DNA of 58,884 nucleotides from Chloroflexota bacterium. Lineage in GTDB: Bacteria > Chloroflexota > Limnocylindria > Limnocylindrales > CSP1-4. The notes below the pieces were generated by a model, which was not told the DNA's origin, did not search any database, and saw nothing but the letters and a program-made list of their open reading frames with translations. Positions 37,929 to 47,129 of the stretch are shown piece after piece (the stretch's first letter is position 1; every line of letters starts with the position of its first letter). The stretch covers positions 1 through 58,884 of the forward strand of contig PMKN01000064.1 of assembly GCA_003158675.1 (NCBI GenBank). The letters run 5' to 3'. The position numbers and the translations under genes were made by a program.

Positions 37929-38492
37929 GTGAGTGAGCCCTCGCAATCCGCCACCGATCGTGTTGTCGAAGTCGCCGCCCGCAAAGGCGTCAAACTAGAC
38001 ATCACCACATTCGACGACTCGACGCATACTGCCGAAGAGGCGGCCGCCATCGTTGGCGCCGACCTGGGGCAGATCGTCAAGTCGCTCGTTTTCGTGGCGC
38101 CGCGAGCAGGCGGAAGACTGGTCCCCATCGTGTGTCTGGTCTCGGGGCGCAACCGCGTGGACCTGGCGCAGCTGGCGGCCGTGACCGGCGAGGCGGCAAT
38201 CAGGCGCGCCACCGCGCGCGAGGCACGCGACCTCATCGGCTTCTCGATCGGCGCGGTGCCGCCCTTCGGGCACGGTCACGACGTTCGAATCGTGATGGAT
38301 CCGGATCTGTGCCCGTACCCGGTGGTGTGGGCCTCCGCAGGCACCGACTCCGCAGTCTTTCCGGTGCCGCCCGGCACCCTCCGCGCCCTGGCGAATGCCC
38401 TGGTGGCGCCCATCGCCGAGGAGCCCTGGATCCCGGCCGCGATAGGCATTGACGCGCGTCTCCGCTTCGAGTCCGGCGGCTCCACCGCGTAG
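37929..38492 (+). CDS. YbaK/EbsC aminoacyl-tRNA editing domain protein
   Basis: STHTAEEAA, GQIVKSLVF, GAVPPFGH. Confidence 0.88.
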   Translation: MSEPSQSATDRVVEVAARKGVKLDITTFDDSTHTAEEAAAIVGADLGQIVKSLVFVAPRAGGRLVPIVCLVSGRNRVDLAQLAAVTGEAAIRRATAREARDLIGFSIGAVPPFGHGHDVRIVMDPDLCPYPVVWASAGTDSAVFPVPPGTLRALANALVAPIAEEPWIPAAIGIDARLRFESGGSTA

Positions 38493-38574
38493 CTCCCCCG
38501 TCCCTGCCGATCCCGTCTTGGATTCAGTTTTCGGCCGGTTCTGACGACTCCACGTTCCGCGGATGGTGGACGAG

Positions 38575-38620
38575 CGGTGGACAACCCGCCTCTGCCAAGC
38601 GGCGGCCGGTGGACAACCCG
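38575..38620. repeat. 14-bp direct repeat CGGTGGACAACCCG x2, 32-bp period
   Basis: Copies at 38575-38588 and 38607-38620 in a 440-bp intergenic region. Confidence 0.85.
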
Positions 38621-38932
38621 GTTGAAACGAAGGCGTGAGTCCCGTAGCGTGTTTTCCACGCCCGAAGGGGTCGAGCGACTGCTAGCGGCTGCGATGACAT
38701 CAAGGCCCACGCATTCGAAAAGGTTCCTTCGGGCGTTTCGTTTTGCCCGCAATGCGCGTAGCCCTCGACAGCCCGTCGAGGCGGTGGCCTGGGAGAAGGA
38801 CCGCCGCCTCGGCCGGTGTTCGTTTCCGGGGCGGAGGATCTGGCCCAGAAACGTCGGAAGCTCTTCGATTGTGGGAGCCGCGAGCGGTCGCCCGTAACGG
38901 AGTCGGCCGGTCGAGACTGCCGACCGGGTCGG

Positions 38933-39352
38933 TCAGCCCTCCGCCCTTCGCTCGAATTCGCCCCACTGGCTGTCCACGTAGAGCGCCTGGAGGAAGAGGA
39001 GCGTGTTGATCTGGTACATGGTCCAGGGTGATGCGTTCGCAGGAAGGCCGGACGCGTAGCCGATCAATCCTTCGGCTTCGACGCTAGTGAGCCCGCTCGA
39101 AACGAGCAGACGATAGGAAGCCTGGGTCCGGAGCTTGCGGTGCCGGACGTCGGGGGGTGTTGGACCCGCGACCGCCGCGGCCTGTCGCTCCGCCGCCCGC
39201 TCGAATGTCGGATCCGGAATCGCAGGCGCGGGCCCGACGTCAATCGGGACCCAGCTGGCATGGGACCTGCCGAGGCGACCGCGAGCCGCGGTCGGCCGGC
39301 TTTGCGTGCGACCGATGCCGCCCGTACTCGCGTCGTCTGCCTTGCCCGTCAT
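38933..39352 (-). CDS. Hypothetical protein
   Basis: Helical protein-like C-terminus YRLLVSSGLTSVEAEGLIGYASGL...QINTLLFLQALY; start uncertain. Confidence 0.55.
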   Translation of the reverse strand: MTGKADDASTGGIGRTQSRPTAARGRLGRSHASWVPIDVGPAPAIPDPTFERAAERQAAAVAGPTPPDVRHRKLRTQASYRLLVSSGLTSVEAEGLIGYASGLPANASPWTMYQINTLLFLQALYVDSQWGEFERRAEG

Positions 39353-39579
39353 TGCCGGAACCTTTCGAGCCCTTTGATGTGGTATCGGTGACCCGGAACT
39401 TTCCTCCAGCAGCGTCTTGAAGCTTCCAATGCCTGAGGTTCGGGCTCCATGCCCCGCACGTGCGTGGCCCCAGGTACTTGCTGTTCAGCGGTGGCGCGTT
39501 CGGATTAGGGGAATGGAGCCAGGGTCGCTGGAGCGGCCCCGGAACGCCGCCGCCTGTCCGCGCCGCTAGACTGAAATAC

Positions 39580-40767
39580 GTGCGAGTCCGCCTGTTCGAG
39601 TTGCGGCTTCTGTCCGTCGCCCTCACAGTCCTTTGGGCTGCGGGGGGTGGCATAGTGCTGATCGCGTACCGGCCCGGCGGTCCGCTCGACCTGCTCGTCG
39701 GGTTTACCGCCTCGCTGCCGCTCCTGCTCAGCGTCGCCTCGATTGTGTGGCCGCCCCTGGTGACGAGCAATCGTGGGTCGGCGGGGATCTTCTGGCTGGG
39801 GCTCGTAGCGGGTTTGCTGCTGGTGCCCTCGATCGCGAGCGTGGCCGCCCAGGTGATGGCTAGCAGCTCACAGCCCCTGCTGCCGTCGGTTGAACTCGTC
39901 TACCCCTGGGCCGCGGCCCTTTTCGCCACCGCGCTGTTCGCGGGATTGGGTGTCAGCCGCCAGTTGATCTCCGAGACCGGGATCGGCAGGCGGCGGATGG
40001 CCGTTTCGATTGGGTTCGGGCTGGCGGCGACGGCCTTGATCGGGGCGTGCTTTGCCGGGGCCAGCCTGGCCGATGACGCGGCCCTGCGCGACAAGCCCGC
40101 GCTCTACTCGCGGTTCGGCCCCACGTCGGCGCGGCTCACGCCTCCCACATGCGAAGACGGTCTGAAGATTGGGACGACCGCGACTCTGAGTCTCCACATC
40201 CAGGGCAACGTCGATGGGCGATCGATCGGGACAGTCGATCTGACCGGCAGCCGAGCCGGCAGTGACGTGTCGTGGACAGCTCAGGTCGTGCACGAGGATC
40301 GCTTCGGACAATACGGAGCGATCCGACTCGGTTCTTCGGGTTGGAGGCTCGACCTCGGACAGCCCTGGCAGAGCGCCTCGCCTTCGGCGCTGGATTCGGA
40401 CATGGTCGACGTCACCGTGCTCGCTCAAGCGCTTGCGCCAGGCGACCGCGCCACTGCAGAAGACCGCGGGCTCGAGTACGTCGAGGGGGCGCGGGCCCGA
40501 CACTGTCGGGTCGCGGTCGACGGCCCGACATTTGCCGCCTCATTTCCCCAGGTGGTCTGGCTGACCGACAACGCCAGCATGGCCAATTGGCGCGGCGAGA
40601 TCGACTACTGGGTCTTCGGCGACGGCGAAGTGGGCCTGGTGCAAGGATCGGTGAACGGCAACGCCCAGGCGATGCTGCCACAGGGGCTGCAGGCCACGGT
40701 GGAGGTCAAGCTCACAGCCACCGATCGGGGCCAGCCGGTCTCCATCACGCCGCCGAGCGGACCGTGA
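39580..40767 (+). CDS. Hypothetical membrane protein (about 5 TM plus extracytoplasmic beta domain)
   Basis: GTG 7 nt after TAGACT -10; GTGA overlap with WYL gene. Confidence 0.7.
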   Translation: MRVRLFELRLLSVALTVLWAAGGGIVLIAYRPGGPLDLLVGFTASLPLLLSVASIVWPPLVTSNRGSAGIFWLGLVAGLLLVPSIASVAAQVMASSSQPLLPSVELVYPWAAALFATALFAGLGVSRQLISETGIGRRRMAVSIGFGLAATALIGACFAGASLADDAALRDKPALYSRFGPTSARLTPPTCEDGLKIGTTATLSLHIQGNVDGRSIGTVDLTGSRAGSDVSWTAQVVHEDRFGQYGAIRLGSSGWRLDLGQPWQSASPSALDSDMVDVTVLAQALAPGDRATAEDRGLEYVEGARARHCRVAVDGPTFAASFPQVVWLTDNASMANWRGEIDYWVFGDGEVGLVQGSVNGNAQAMLPQGLQATVEVKLTATDRGQPVSITPPSGP

Positions 40768-41840
40768 CGCGGCCGACGACCCCGGGTCGTCCCCAGCGTG
40801 CTGTCGAGCCGGCGGTGGAGCCGGAGGTGGAGCCGGCGCCCGGCCTGGCTTTCGATCGTGCATCCGATCGAGCTTCGGCCAAACACGATCGACTGGCCCG
40901 CTTCTACCGCGTCATCCGCTACCTCCAGGCTCACCCCGAGGGGGCCTCGCCCGACGCGATTGCCGAATTCGTAGGGATGTCGAGGCGGACCGTCTACCGC
41001 GATCTCCAGGCGCTCGAGGGCGAAATCGAGATCCCGCTCTGGAGCGAGGGCGGCAAATGGGGCATCGTCGAGGGGGCGTTCCTACCGCCGCTTCGATTGA
41101 CCCTCAATGAAGCCGTCGCTTTCTTCATCGCGGCGCGCCTCACCGCCCAGTGGGCCGACCGATACGAGCCGGACATGGGCGCCGCATTCCAGAAGCTAGC
41201 GGAGATCCTCCCGCCCGTCGTGGCGCGGCATCTGGAGCGAACCATCGATCTGCTGGCCAGCCGTCCACCCGACGAACGGCTGGCCCGCCATCTGCGGCTC
41301 CTCGCCCGGGCGTGGGCGGAGCGCCGGGTCGTGGATCTGACCTACGACGCCGCCACGTACAGCCCGGGCCGGCCCGCCCGGCGCTCGCGAGTCCACCCGT
41401 ACCTGTTGGAGGCGTCGGCGACGACGAGGGCGCTGTACCTGATGGGCTTCGATGAGTCGCGCGAGGCCGTTCGAACCTTCAAGCTGCAGCGAATCCTGGA
41501 CGTATCGCTGACGCCCGACACCTTCGAGCCACCGGAGCCCCGCGTCGTCCAGGAGAGTCTCGGCCGGGCCTGGGGCGTCATCGCCGACCAGGAGGAGGTC
41601 GAGGTGGTGCTCCGTTTCGATGCCGCGATCGCCGGCCTCGTGACCGAGACGACGTGGCACCCTACGGAGCAGGTGGCGCACCAACCGGATGGCAGTCTCC
41701 TGTGGCGCTGCCGAGTCTCGGGCACCCTGGAGATCCGGCGCTGGATCCTGCAGTGGGGTGCGCAGGTGGAGGTGCTGGCGCCGCCGGACCTGCGGGACGA
41801 GGTGGCCGCAACTCACCGGGCCGCTGCGGCGCGGTACTGA
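40764..41840 (+). CDS. WYL-domain transcriptional regulator (wHTH-WYL-WCX, PafB/PafC-like)
   Basis: MSRRTVYRDLQALE HTH, HPYLL...YLMGFD...VRTFKLQRI, WILQWGAQVEVLAPPDLR. Confidence 0.92.
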   Translation: MTRPTTPGRPQRAVEPAVEPEVEPAPGLAFDRASDRASAKHDRLARFYRVIRYLQAHPEGASPDAIAEFVGMSRRTVYRDLQALEGEIEIPLWSEGGKWGIVEGAFLPPLRLTLNEAVAFFIAARLTAQWADRYEPDMGAAFQKLAEILPPVVARHLERTIDLLASRPPDERLARHLRLLARAWAERRVVDLTYDAATYSPGRPARRSRVHPYLLEASATTRALYLMGFDESREAVRTFKLQRILDVSLTPDTFEPPEPRVVQESLGRAWGVIADQEEVEVVLRFDAAIAGLVTETTWHPTEQVAHQPDGSLLWRCRVSGTLEIRRWILQWGAQVEVLAPPDLRDEVAATHRAAAARY

Positions 41841-41896
41841 CGGGGCAGCGGCCGCCGCAGCCGTCATTCGGGCCGCGTCTCGGCTAGGCTTGGACG

Positions 41897-43399
41897 ATGC
41901 ATGACAATACGGTCAGAGCCGAGGGCAGCCAGGACGAGGCACCGCTCGCCGGCGACGGCCCGGATGTGGCGCCCGCGAGCGGGTTGCACCCGCTGATCTG
42001 GTCGGTGAACCTCTTCAGCGACCCGATCCACGGTTACATCGAGCTGACCAAGCGCCTCACTCCCGAACGCGCGAACCAACTCGGCATGGCCCCGGAAGAC
42101 GCCGCCGAAGCCGACCTGCTCGACTCGGCCTGGCTCCAGCGGATGCGCCGCATCAGCCAGCTCCAGAGCGCTCGTTGGGTATTTCCCTCGGCCGAGCACA
42201 GCCGCTTCACCCATGGCCTGGGCGTCATGCACGAGGCGAGTCTGTGGGCCCGCCATCTGTATCCCAGCCTTCGGACGGCACTCGCCGAGGCGGACCCCGG
42301 GGCTGCGCTGCCGTCGGAGGGTCTGGTCGTCGAGACACTCCGACTGGCCGGTCTCCTGCATGACGTGGGCCACGGGCCGTTTGCCCATTTCTTCGACGAG
42401 CACGTCCTGTGCCACTATCCTGCTCCGGCCGATCCCCGTCGCGGTGGGCGCAAGAGCCTGACCCACGAGGACCTCTCCGCCCTAATCATCGAGCGCGAGC
42501 TAGGCGACACGATCGCGGCGATCCGCCGCGCCCCTGGCGTAGTCCCCGAGCGCGACGCGCTGCGGCCGGACGAGCTGATCGACCCGCGCTGGGTCTCCTT
42601 CCTGATTTCCAAGCCGGCCCTGGCGGATCCGAGCATGCCGCGATGGCTGCGCTGGCTGCAGCCGCTGCTTTCAGGCGTGTTCACCGTTGACAACCTCGAC
42701 TATGTGCGCCGCGACGCATACATGATCGGCGTCGCCACCGGGCCAGTAGACGTGGAGCGGCTGCGCCGATACAGCTTCATCGGGCCGCGCGGACTCTCGT
42801 TGTATGAGCCCGGGCTCGCGGCTCTCGAAATGTTTCTGACCGCGCGGCTATTCCTGTACGAGCAGATCTACTTCCATCGCTCGGTTCGGGCGATCGACCT
42901 CGATCTGGCGGAGGTCTTCCGACCCAGCGTTGTGGCGATCTTCGGCGATGTCTCACCGGCCGAGGCTCTGGGCCATTACGCGGACCTGGACGAGTACGCC
43001 CTACTGCATCAAGCCGCCCTCTGGGCGCGGGGCGAAGCCATCGCCATTGACCCGGCGCCCGGCGACGGCACCGTAACGGCCGAGGTGGGTCGGGTCTGGC
43101 AGGCGATCCTGCTGCGCCGCTCGAGATGGCGCGCCGAGGCCGAGCTGCGGCGCAGCTATGAGGCGGCCGGACGCGACGCCGCTCGGGCCGAGGTGGCCAG
43201 GGATCTCGCACCGTCCGAGCCGGATGGCGGGTCCATTGATCTGGCAGAAATCGACGCTAGGCCGGCCGATGCAACCGCAACCGATTCGCTTCTTGCGATC
43301 GTGGGTCGCGACGGCACGCCGGGAGCGCCACTCAGCCATTCACTGGGCCGGCTGCCCGCATACTCGCTCGTGGCCAGACGATACCGGCGCAACGACTGA
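41897..43399 (+). CDS. HD-superfamily phosphohydrolase (YdhJ/SAMHD1/dNTPase-like)
   Basis: DPIHGYI, QRMRRISQL, HSRFTHGLG, LHDVGHGPFAH, DNLDYVRRD, IYFHRSVRA. Confidence 0.9.
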   Translation: MHDNTVRAEGSQDEAPLAGDGPDVAPASGLHPLIWSVNLFSDPIHGYIELTKRLTPERANQLGMAPEDAAEADLLDSAWLQRMRRISQLQSARWVFPSAEHSRFTHGLGVMHEASLWARHLYPSLRTALAEADPGAALPSEGLVVETLRLAGLLHDVGHGPFAHFFDEHVLCHYPAPADPRRGGRKSLTHEDLSALIIERELGDTIAAIRRAPGVVPERDALRPDELIDPRWVSFLISKPALADPSMPRWLRWLQPLLSGVFTVDNLDYVRRDAYMIGVATGPVDVERLRRYSFIGPRGLSLYEPGLAALEMFLTARLFLYEQIYFHRSVRAIDLDLAEVFRPSVVAIFGDVSPAEALGHYADLDEYALLHQAALWARGEAIAIDPAPGDGTVTAEVGRVWQAILLRRSRWRAEAELRRSYEAAGRDAARAEVARDLAPSEPDGGSIDLAEIDARPADATATDSLLAIVGRDGTPGAPLSHSLGRLPAYSLVARRYRRND

Positions 43400-43406
43400 C
43401 CGATCG

Positions 43407-44366
43407 TTACGGCGCCGGCGGGCTCGAGGGGTGCGCGGAGGCCCAGGCGGCAGCTTCCGTCGGCCGCAGGGCGCGCATCTCCGCCAGGTCGTTTCGGTAT
43501 GGGAGCACCAGCAGGGGGTTGATGCGAGCCGTCTCGGTGGCCGGCAGTTTCAAGCGCGCCGCTTCGCTTGGTTCGAGCGCGAAGGTGGCTGTTTCGAGCG
43601 GGTTGAACAGGCCGAAATGGACATGGCAGCCGCTGGCATGCCCAGAGTCGCCTTCGATCCCGATCACCTGGCCGGCCTTGACGACCTGGCCGGGCTTCAC
43701 CTTCACGCTCCACTCATGGGCGTAGATGCTGCGGTAACCGTCCCCGTCGTCGATGACGATGATCACCGGGTTGGTGCCCCACCAGTTGTGCTCGTCGAAG
43801 AGCGTCTTGTAGGCCGTGAGGTCGCCGTTCCACCCAATGAAGTCCGCGTAGTGCTGACTCGCGACCAGAACGACACCATCGTGCGCGGCATAGACCTTGT
43901 CGCCACACTGAGTCGCCATATCAACGCCGTCGTGGAACAGCTTGCCGTTGACGACGAACTCCCCCCAGTTGCTGGGCCCGAAGGGCAGGGTGATCTTGGC
44001 GTTGACCAGTGGCCAGACGTAGCCGGTCATCTGCCACGTCGGGAGCGGCGTCAGCGGGTTGCTTGTCGGCGTTGGACTGGAAAGCGGAGTCGAGGTTGGC
44101 GGGGTGGTCGGGCTGGGAGTGGCTGTGGCAGTGACATTGGCGGCGATGACAGTGGGTTCGGCGCTCGAAGCGGCGGTTGGCGCTGGAGAGGAGGTCGCCT
44201 GCGCGAAGAAGACCGGCCCGGCTGCCAGGCCGGCGACGATCACGACAGCCAGAGCGACAATCGCTGCCGCGGGCAAGGCCAGTCGGCTCCTTGGGAAGGC
44301 GGGCCAGCTGCGACCCGGTGCGCGGGCCATGGGCGGCCGGGGAGGTAGGCTGTCGAGGCTGCTCAC
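43407..44366 (-). CDS. M23 family metallopeptidase, membrane-anchored
   Basis: HDGVD, YAH, G-DSGHASGCHVHF; N-terminal TM and Pro/Thr linker. Confidence 0.9.
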   Translation of the reverse strand: MSSLDSLPPRPPMARAPGRSWPAFPRSRLALPAAAIVALAVVIVAGLAAGPVFFAQATSSPAPTAASSAEPTVIAANVTATATPSPTTPPTSTPLSSPTPTSNPLTPLPTWQMTGYVWPLVNAKITLPFGPSNWGEFVVNGKLFHDGVDMATQCGDKVYAAHDGVVLVASQHYADFIGWNGDLTAYKTLFDEHNWWGTNPVIIVIDDGDGYRSIYAHEWSVKVKPGQVVKAGQVIGIEGDSGHASGCHVHFGLFNPLETATFALEPSEAARLKLPATETARINPLLVLPYRNDLAEMRALRPTEAAAWASAHPSSPPAP

Positions 44367-44662
44367 TTGGTTCCTTGTAGCACGAAACGAGCACAGTTGT
44401 CACGCCGGTACTCCATAGCTCGGCCGGCAAGGTGACTTCTGTACCAGCTCCGCACGCCGCCGCCCGGGTTGCGCGGGAGGACCGGGGCGCGGCACACTGG
44501 GCGGACACCAGTCCGGAACGCCGGCCGCTACCGCCACGAAGCACTCATTTGGGAAGGGCTCGCGTCCATTTCGTTGAGTCCGCCAGGCAGCTCCGCCGCC
44601 ACGAAGGCCATTCCTGGCCTTCGACTCGGCCGACGGAACCGCGCAGATCGGAGAGACCACAG

Positions 44663-46972
44663 ATGCGCCGAGCCAGCCTGACAGGCCGAATCCTGGCCGT
44701 CGTCGCACTCGTCTGCGTCGCCGCAGCCACGCCGGTCACAACATTGGCTGCTGCCACTGCGACGCCGGGGGCATGGGCGGCCACAGGGAACCTGGGCCAG
44801 GCGCGCGGCTTCGCGCCGGCAATTCTGCTGGGCGACGGCTCCGTGATCACCGCTGGTGGAACGGACGGCTTCTCGTACACCGCCTCGGCGGAGCGCTGGA
44901 GTGGCGGCACCTGGTCGGGAGCGGGGGCTATCGGCCAGGCGGTCGCGGGCCAGGTCGCCGCCGTGCTGCCCAATGGCAAAGCTCTGTTCGCCGGCGGGGC
45001 GGACAGCATGAGCTACTACACCTACGGCGACCTGTTCGATCCCGTGGCCGGAACCTGGACTCAGACTCCGCCAATGGCTCAAGCCCATGCGTATGGCGTC
45101 GCTGCATCGCTGGCCAACGGCGACGTGCTGGTCATCGGCGGCTACGACGGCGGCGCGAACCTGACCACGGGCGCCGTCGACATCTACTCTGCGGCGGACG
45201 GGACATGGAGCGCCGGACCGGCTCTGCCGGGGCCGCGCTTCGCGTTCACAGCCACCACCATGGCCAACGGCAACGTGCTCGTTGCGGGTGGCGATGACGG
45301 TTCGATCAGTAGCAGCTCGGCTCTCTCATCCGTCCTGGTCTACACCCCCGGGTCAGGCTGGACGGCCGGCGATTCGATGTCGCGGGTTCGAGTCGACCAG
45401 GCCGCGGTGCTGCTCAAAGACGGTCGAGTTCTGGTAGCCGGCGGAGCCGACGCGAATGGCACCGCCCAGAACACGGCCGAGATCTTCGATCCCAATTCCG
45501 GCCATTGGACTCAGACGGGGACAATGCCATCCGCCCGGGCCGCGTTCACGTTGACGGTCCTGCCCGACGGCAGGGTGGTCGCGGCCGGCGGCTACGGGAC
45601 CGATCCGGGCCAGGCGCTGACCACGGCCGATCTCTTCGACCCCGCAACGGGCGGCTGGACCACCACGGGGGCGCTAGTCCACGGGCGCCGTTTCCAGGCC
45701 GCGACGCCGCTCGCGGACGGCAGGGTCATGGTCGTGGGCGGCCACGACGCATCGTCCGATGCGTTCATGGCCTATTCGGAGATCTACACGCCTCCGCCCG
45801 CCCGCGTCGCGTATCCGGCGACGACCTTCCATCCAGTCGACCCGACCCGGCTTCTCGACACTCGCTCCGGCAACGGCCTGAAGGGAGCCTTCTACCCCGC
45901 CACCCCGCGCCGCTTCCAGGTGACCGGCCGCGGCGGCGTGCCGGCCGGCGCGGTCGCGGTCACGGGCATTCTGACCGCCACCGCTGAGACGTCGAACGGC
46001 TACCTGACCATCGGCCCCGTATTCACCGGTTCACCGACGTCGTCGACTCTCAACTTCCCATCCAACGACAATCGGGCCAACAACGTGGCCGTCGCTCTCG
46101 ATGCCGATGGCATGCTCACCGTGGTCTACGTCGGCGGGGGCACGACCCACGCCGTCTTCGACGTGACCGGATACTTCACCGCCGACGATTCGGGCGCCAC
46201 CTTCATGTCGCTCACTCCCGGTCGGGTGCTCGACAGCCGCGCCGGGACGGGCGTCAAGGGCCGCTTCGCGACCAACGTCGCACGCTCGTTCCAGGTTGTC
46301 GGCAAGGCCGGCGTGCCCACTGGGGCGATCGCCGTGACCGGCAACCTGACGCTGGTCAAACCCACCGGCAATGGCTGGGCGTTCGTCGGCCCCTCGATCC
46401 CGTCAAATCCGGCGACGCTCAACTGCTCGACGGTCAACGCACCGGCCGGCGACACGCGCGCCAACGGGGTGACCGTCAAGCTCGGAGCGGGCGGCACGCT
46501 GAGCGCCGTATGGTCCGGTCCGGCCGGCTCCACGGCGGACCTCCTGTTCGACGTCACGGGCTACTTCGTGAACGGCACGTCCGGCTCCAGATTCGTTCCT
46601 ATCGAGCCGACGCGGCTTGTCGACACCCGCTACAACCAGCCGTTCGCCGGCCCTCTTGCCAGAGCCACGCCGGCCACGATCTCTGTCGGAGGACACGGTG
46701 GCGGACCGCCGAACGCGTCCGGCATCAGCGGCAACCTGACCGTTACCGGGCAGACGTTCCTCGGCTACGTGACGGTCGCGCCACACCTGGACGCCGGAGT
46801 CGTGCCCACGTTCTCGACGATCAATTTCCCGAAGGGCGACAACCGGGCCAACGGTTTCTTCGTGGCCCTGAACCCCGACGGCTCGATCGGTGTCGTCTAC
46901 GAGGCGTCCGCCTCCGGAGCGTCGACGCATTTCATCATCGATATCACCGGCTACTTCCTGCCTTCTTCCTAG
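44663..46972 (+). CDS. Secreted Kelch-repeat protein with three C-terminal about 130-aa repeats
   Basis: Signal peptide; repeated L-x-DG-x-V-x-x-x-GG Kelch units; repeats FHPVDPTRLLDTR / FMSLTPGRVLDSR / FVPIEPTRLVDTR. Confidence 0.85.
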   Translation: MRRASLTGRILAVVALVCVAAATPVTTLAAATATPGAWAATGNLGQARGFAPAILLGDGSVITAGGTDGFSYTASAERWSGGTWSGAGAIGQAVAGQVAAVLPNGKALFAGGADSMSYYTYGDLFDPVAGTWTQTPPMAQAHAYGVAASLANGDVLVIGGYDGGANLTTGAVDIYSAADGTWSAGPALPGPRFAFTATTMANGNVLVAGGDDGSISSSSALSSVLVYTPGSGWTAGDSMSRVRVDQAAVLLKDGRVLVAGGADANGTAQNTAEIFDPNSGHWTQTGTMPSARAAFTLTVLPDGRVVAAGGYGTDPGQALTTADLFDPATGGWTTTGALVHGRRFQAATPLADGRVMVVGGHDASSDAFMAYSEIYTPPPARVAYPATTFHPVDPTRLLDTRSGNGLKGAFYPATPRRFQVTGRGGVPAGAVAVTGILTATAETSNGYLTIGPVFTGSPTSSTLNFPSNDNRANNVAVALDADGMLTVVYVGGGTTHAVFDVTGYFTADDSGATFMSLTPGRVLDSRAGTGVKGRFATNVARSFQVVGKAGVPTGAIAVTGNLTLVKPTGNGWAFVGPSIPSNPATLNCSTVNAPAGDTRANGVTVKLGAGGTLSAVWSGPAGSTADLLFDVTGYFVNGTSGSRFVPIEPTRLVDTRYNQPFAGPLARATPATISVGGHGGGPPNASGISGNLTVTGQTFLGYVTVAPHLDAGVVPTFSTINFPKGDNRANGFFVALNPDGSIGVVYEASASGASTHFIIDITGYFLPSS

Positions 46973-47129
46973 GGTCCAATTGCGCCCAGTGGCCCGATTT
47001 GCGCCCTGCCGGTATAGACGTGGACCTGCGACCGGACACCCAGATACCATGAGTGCCGCACTTCAGGTTTAGCTCAACGCGGTTCTGCCGGCCGCATGTC
47101 CAGCTACCGTTCCAGTTGGTGCAGGGAGA

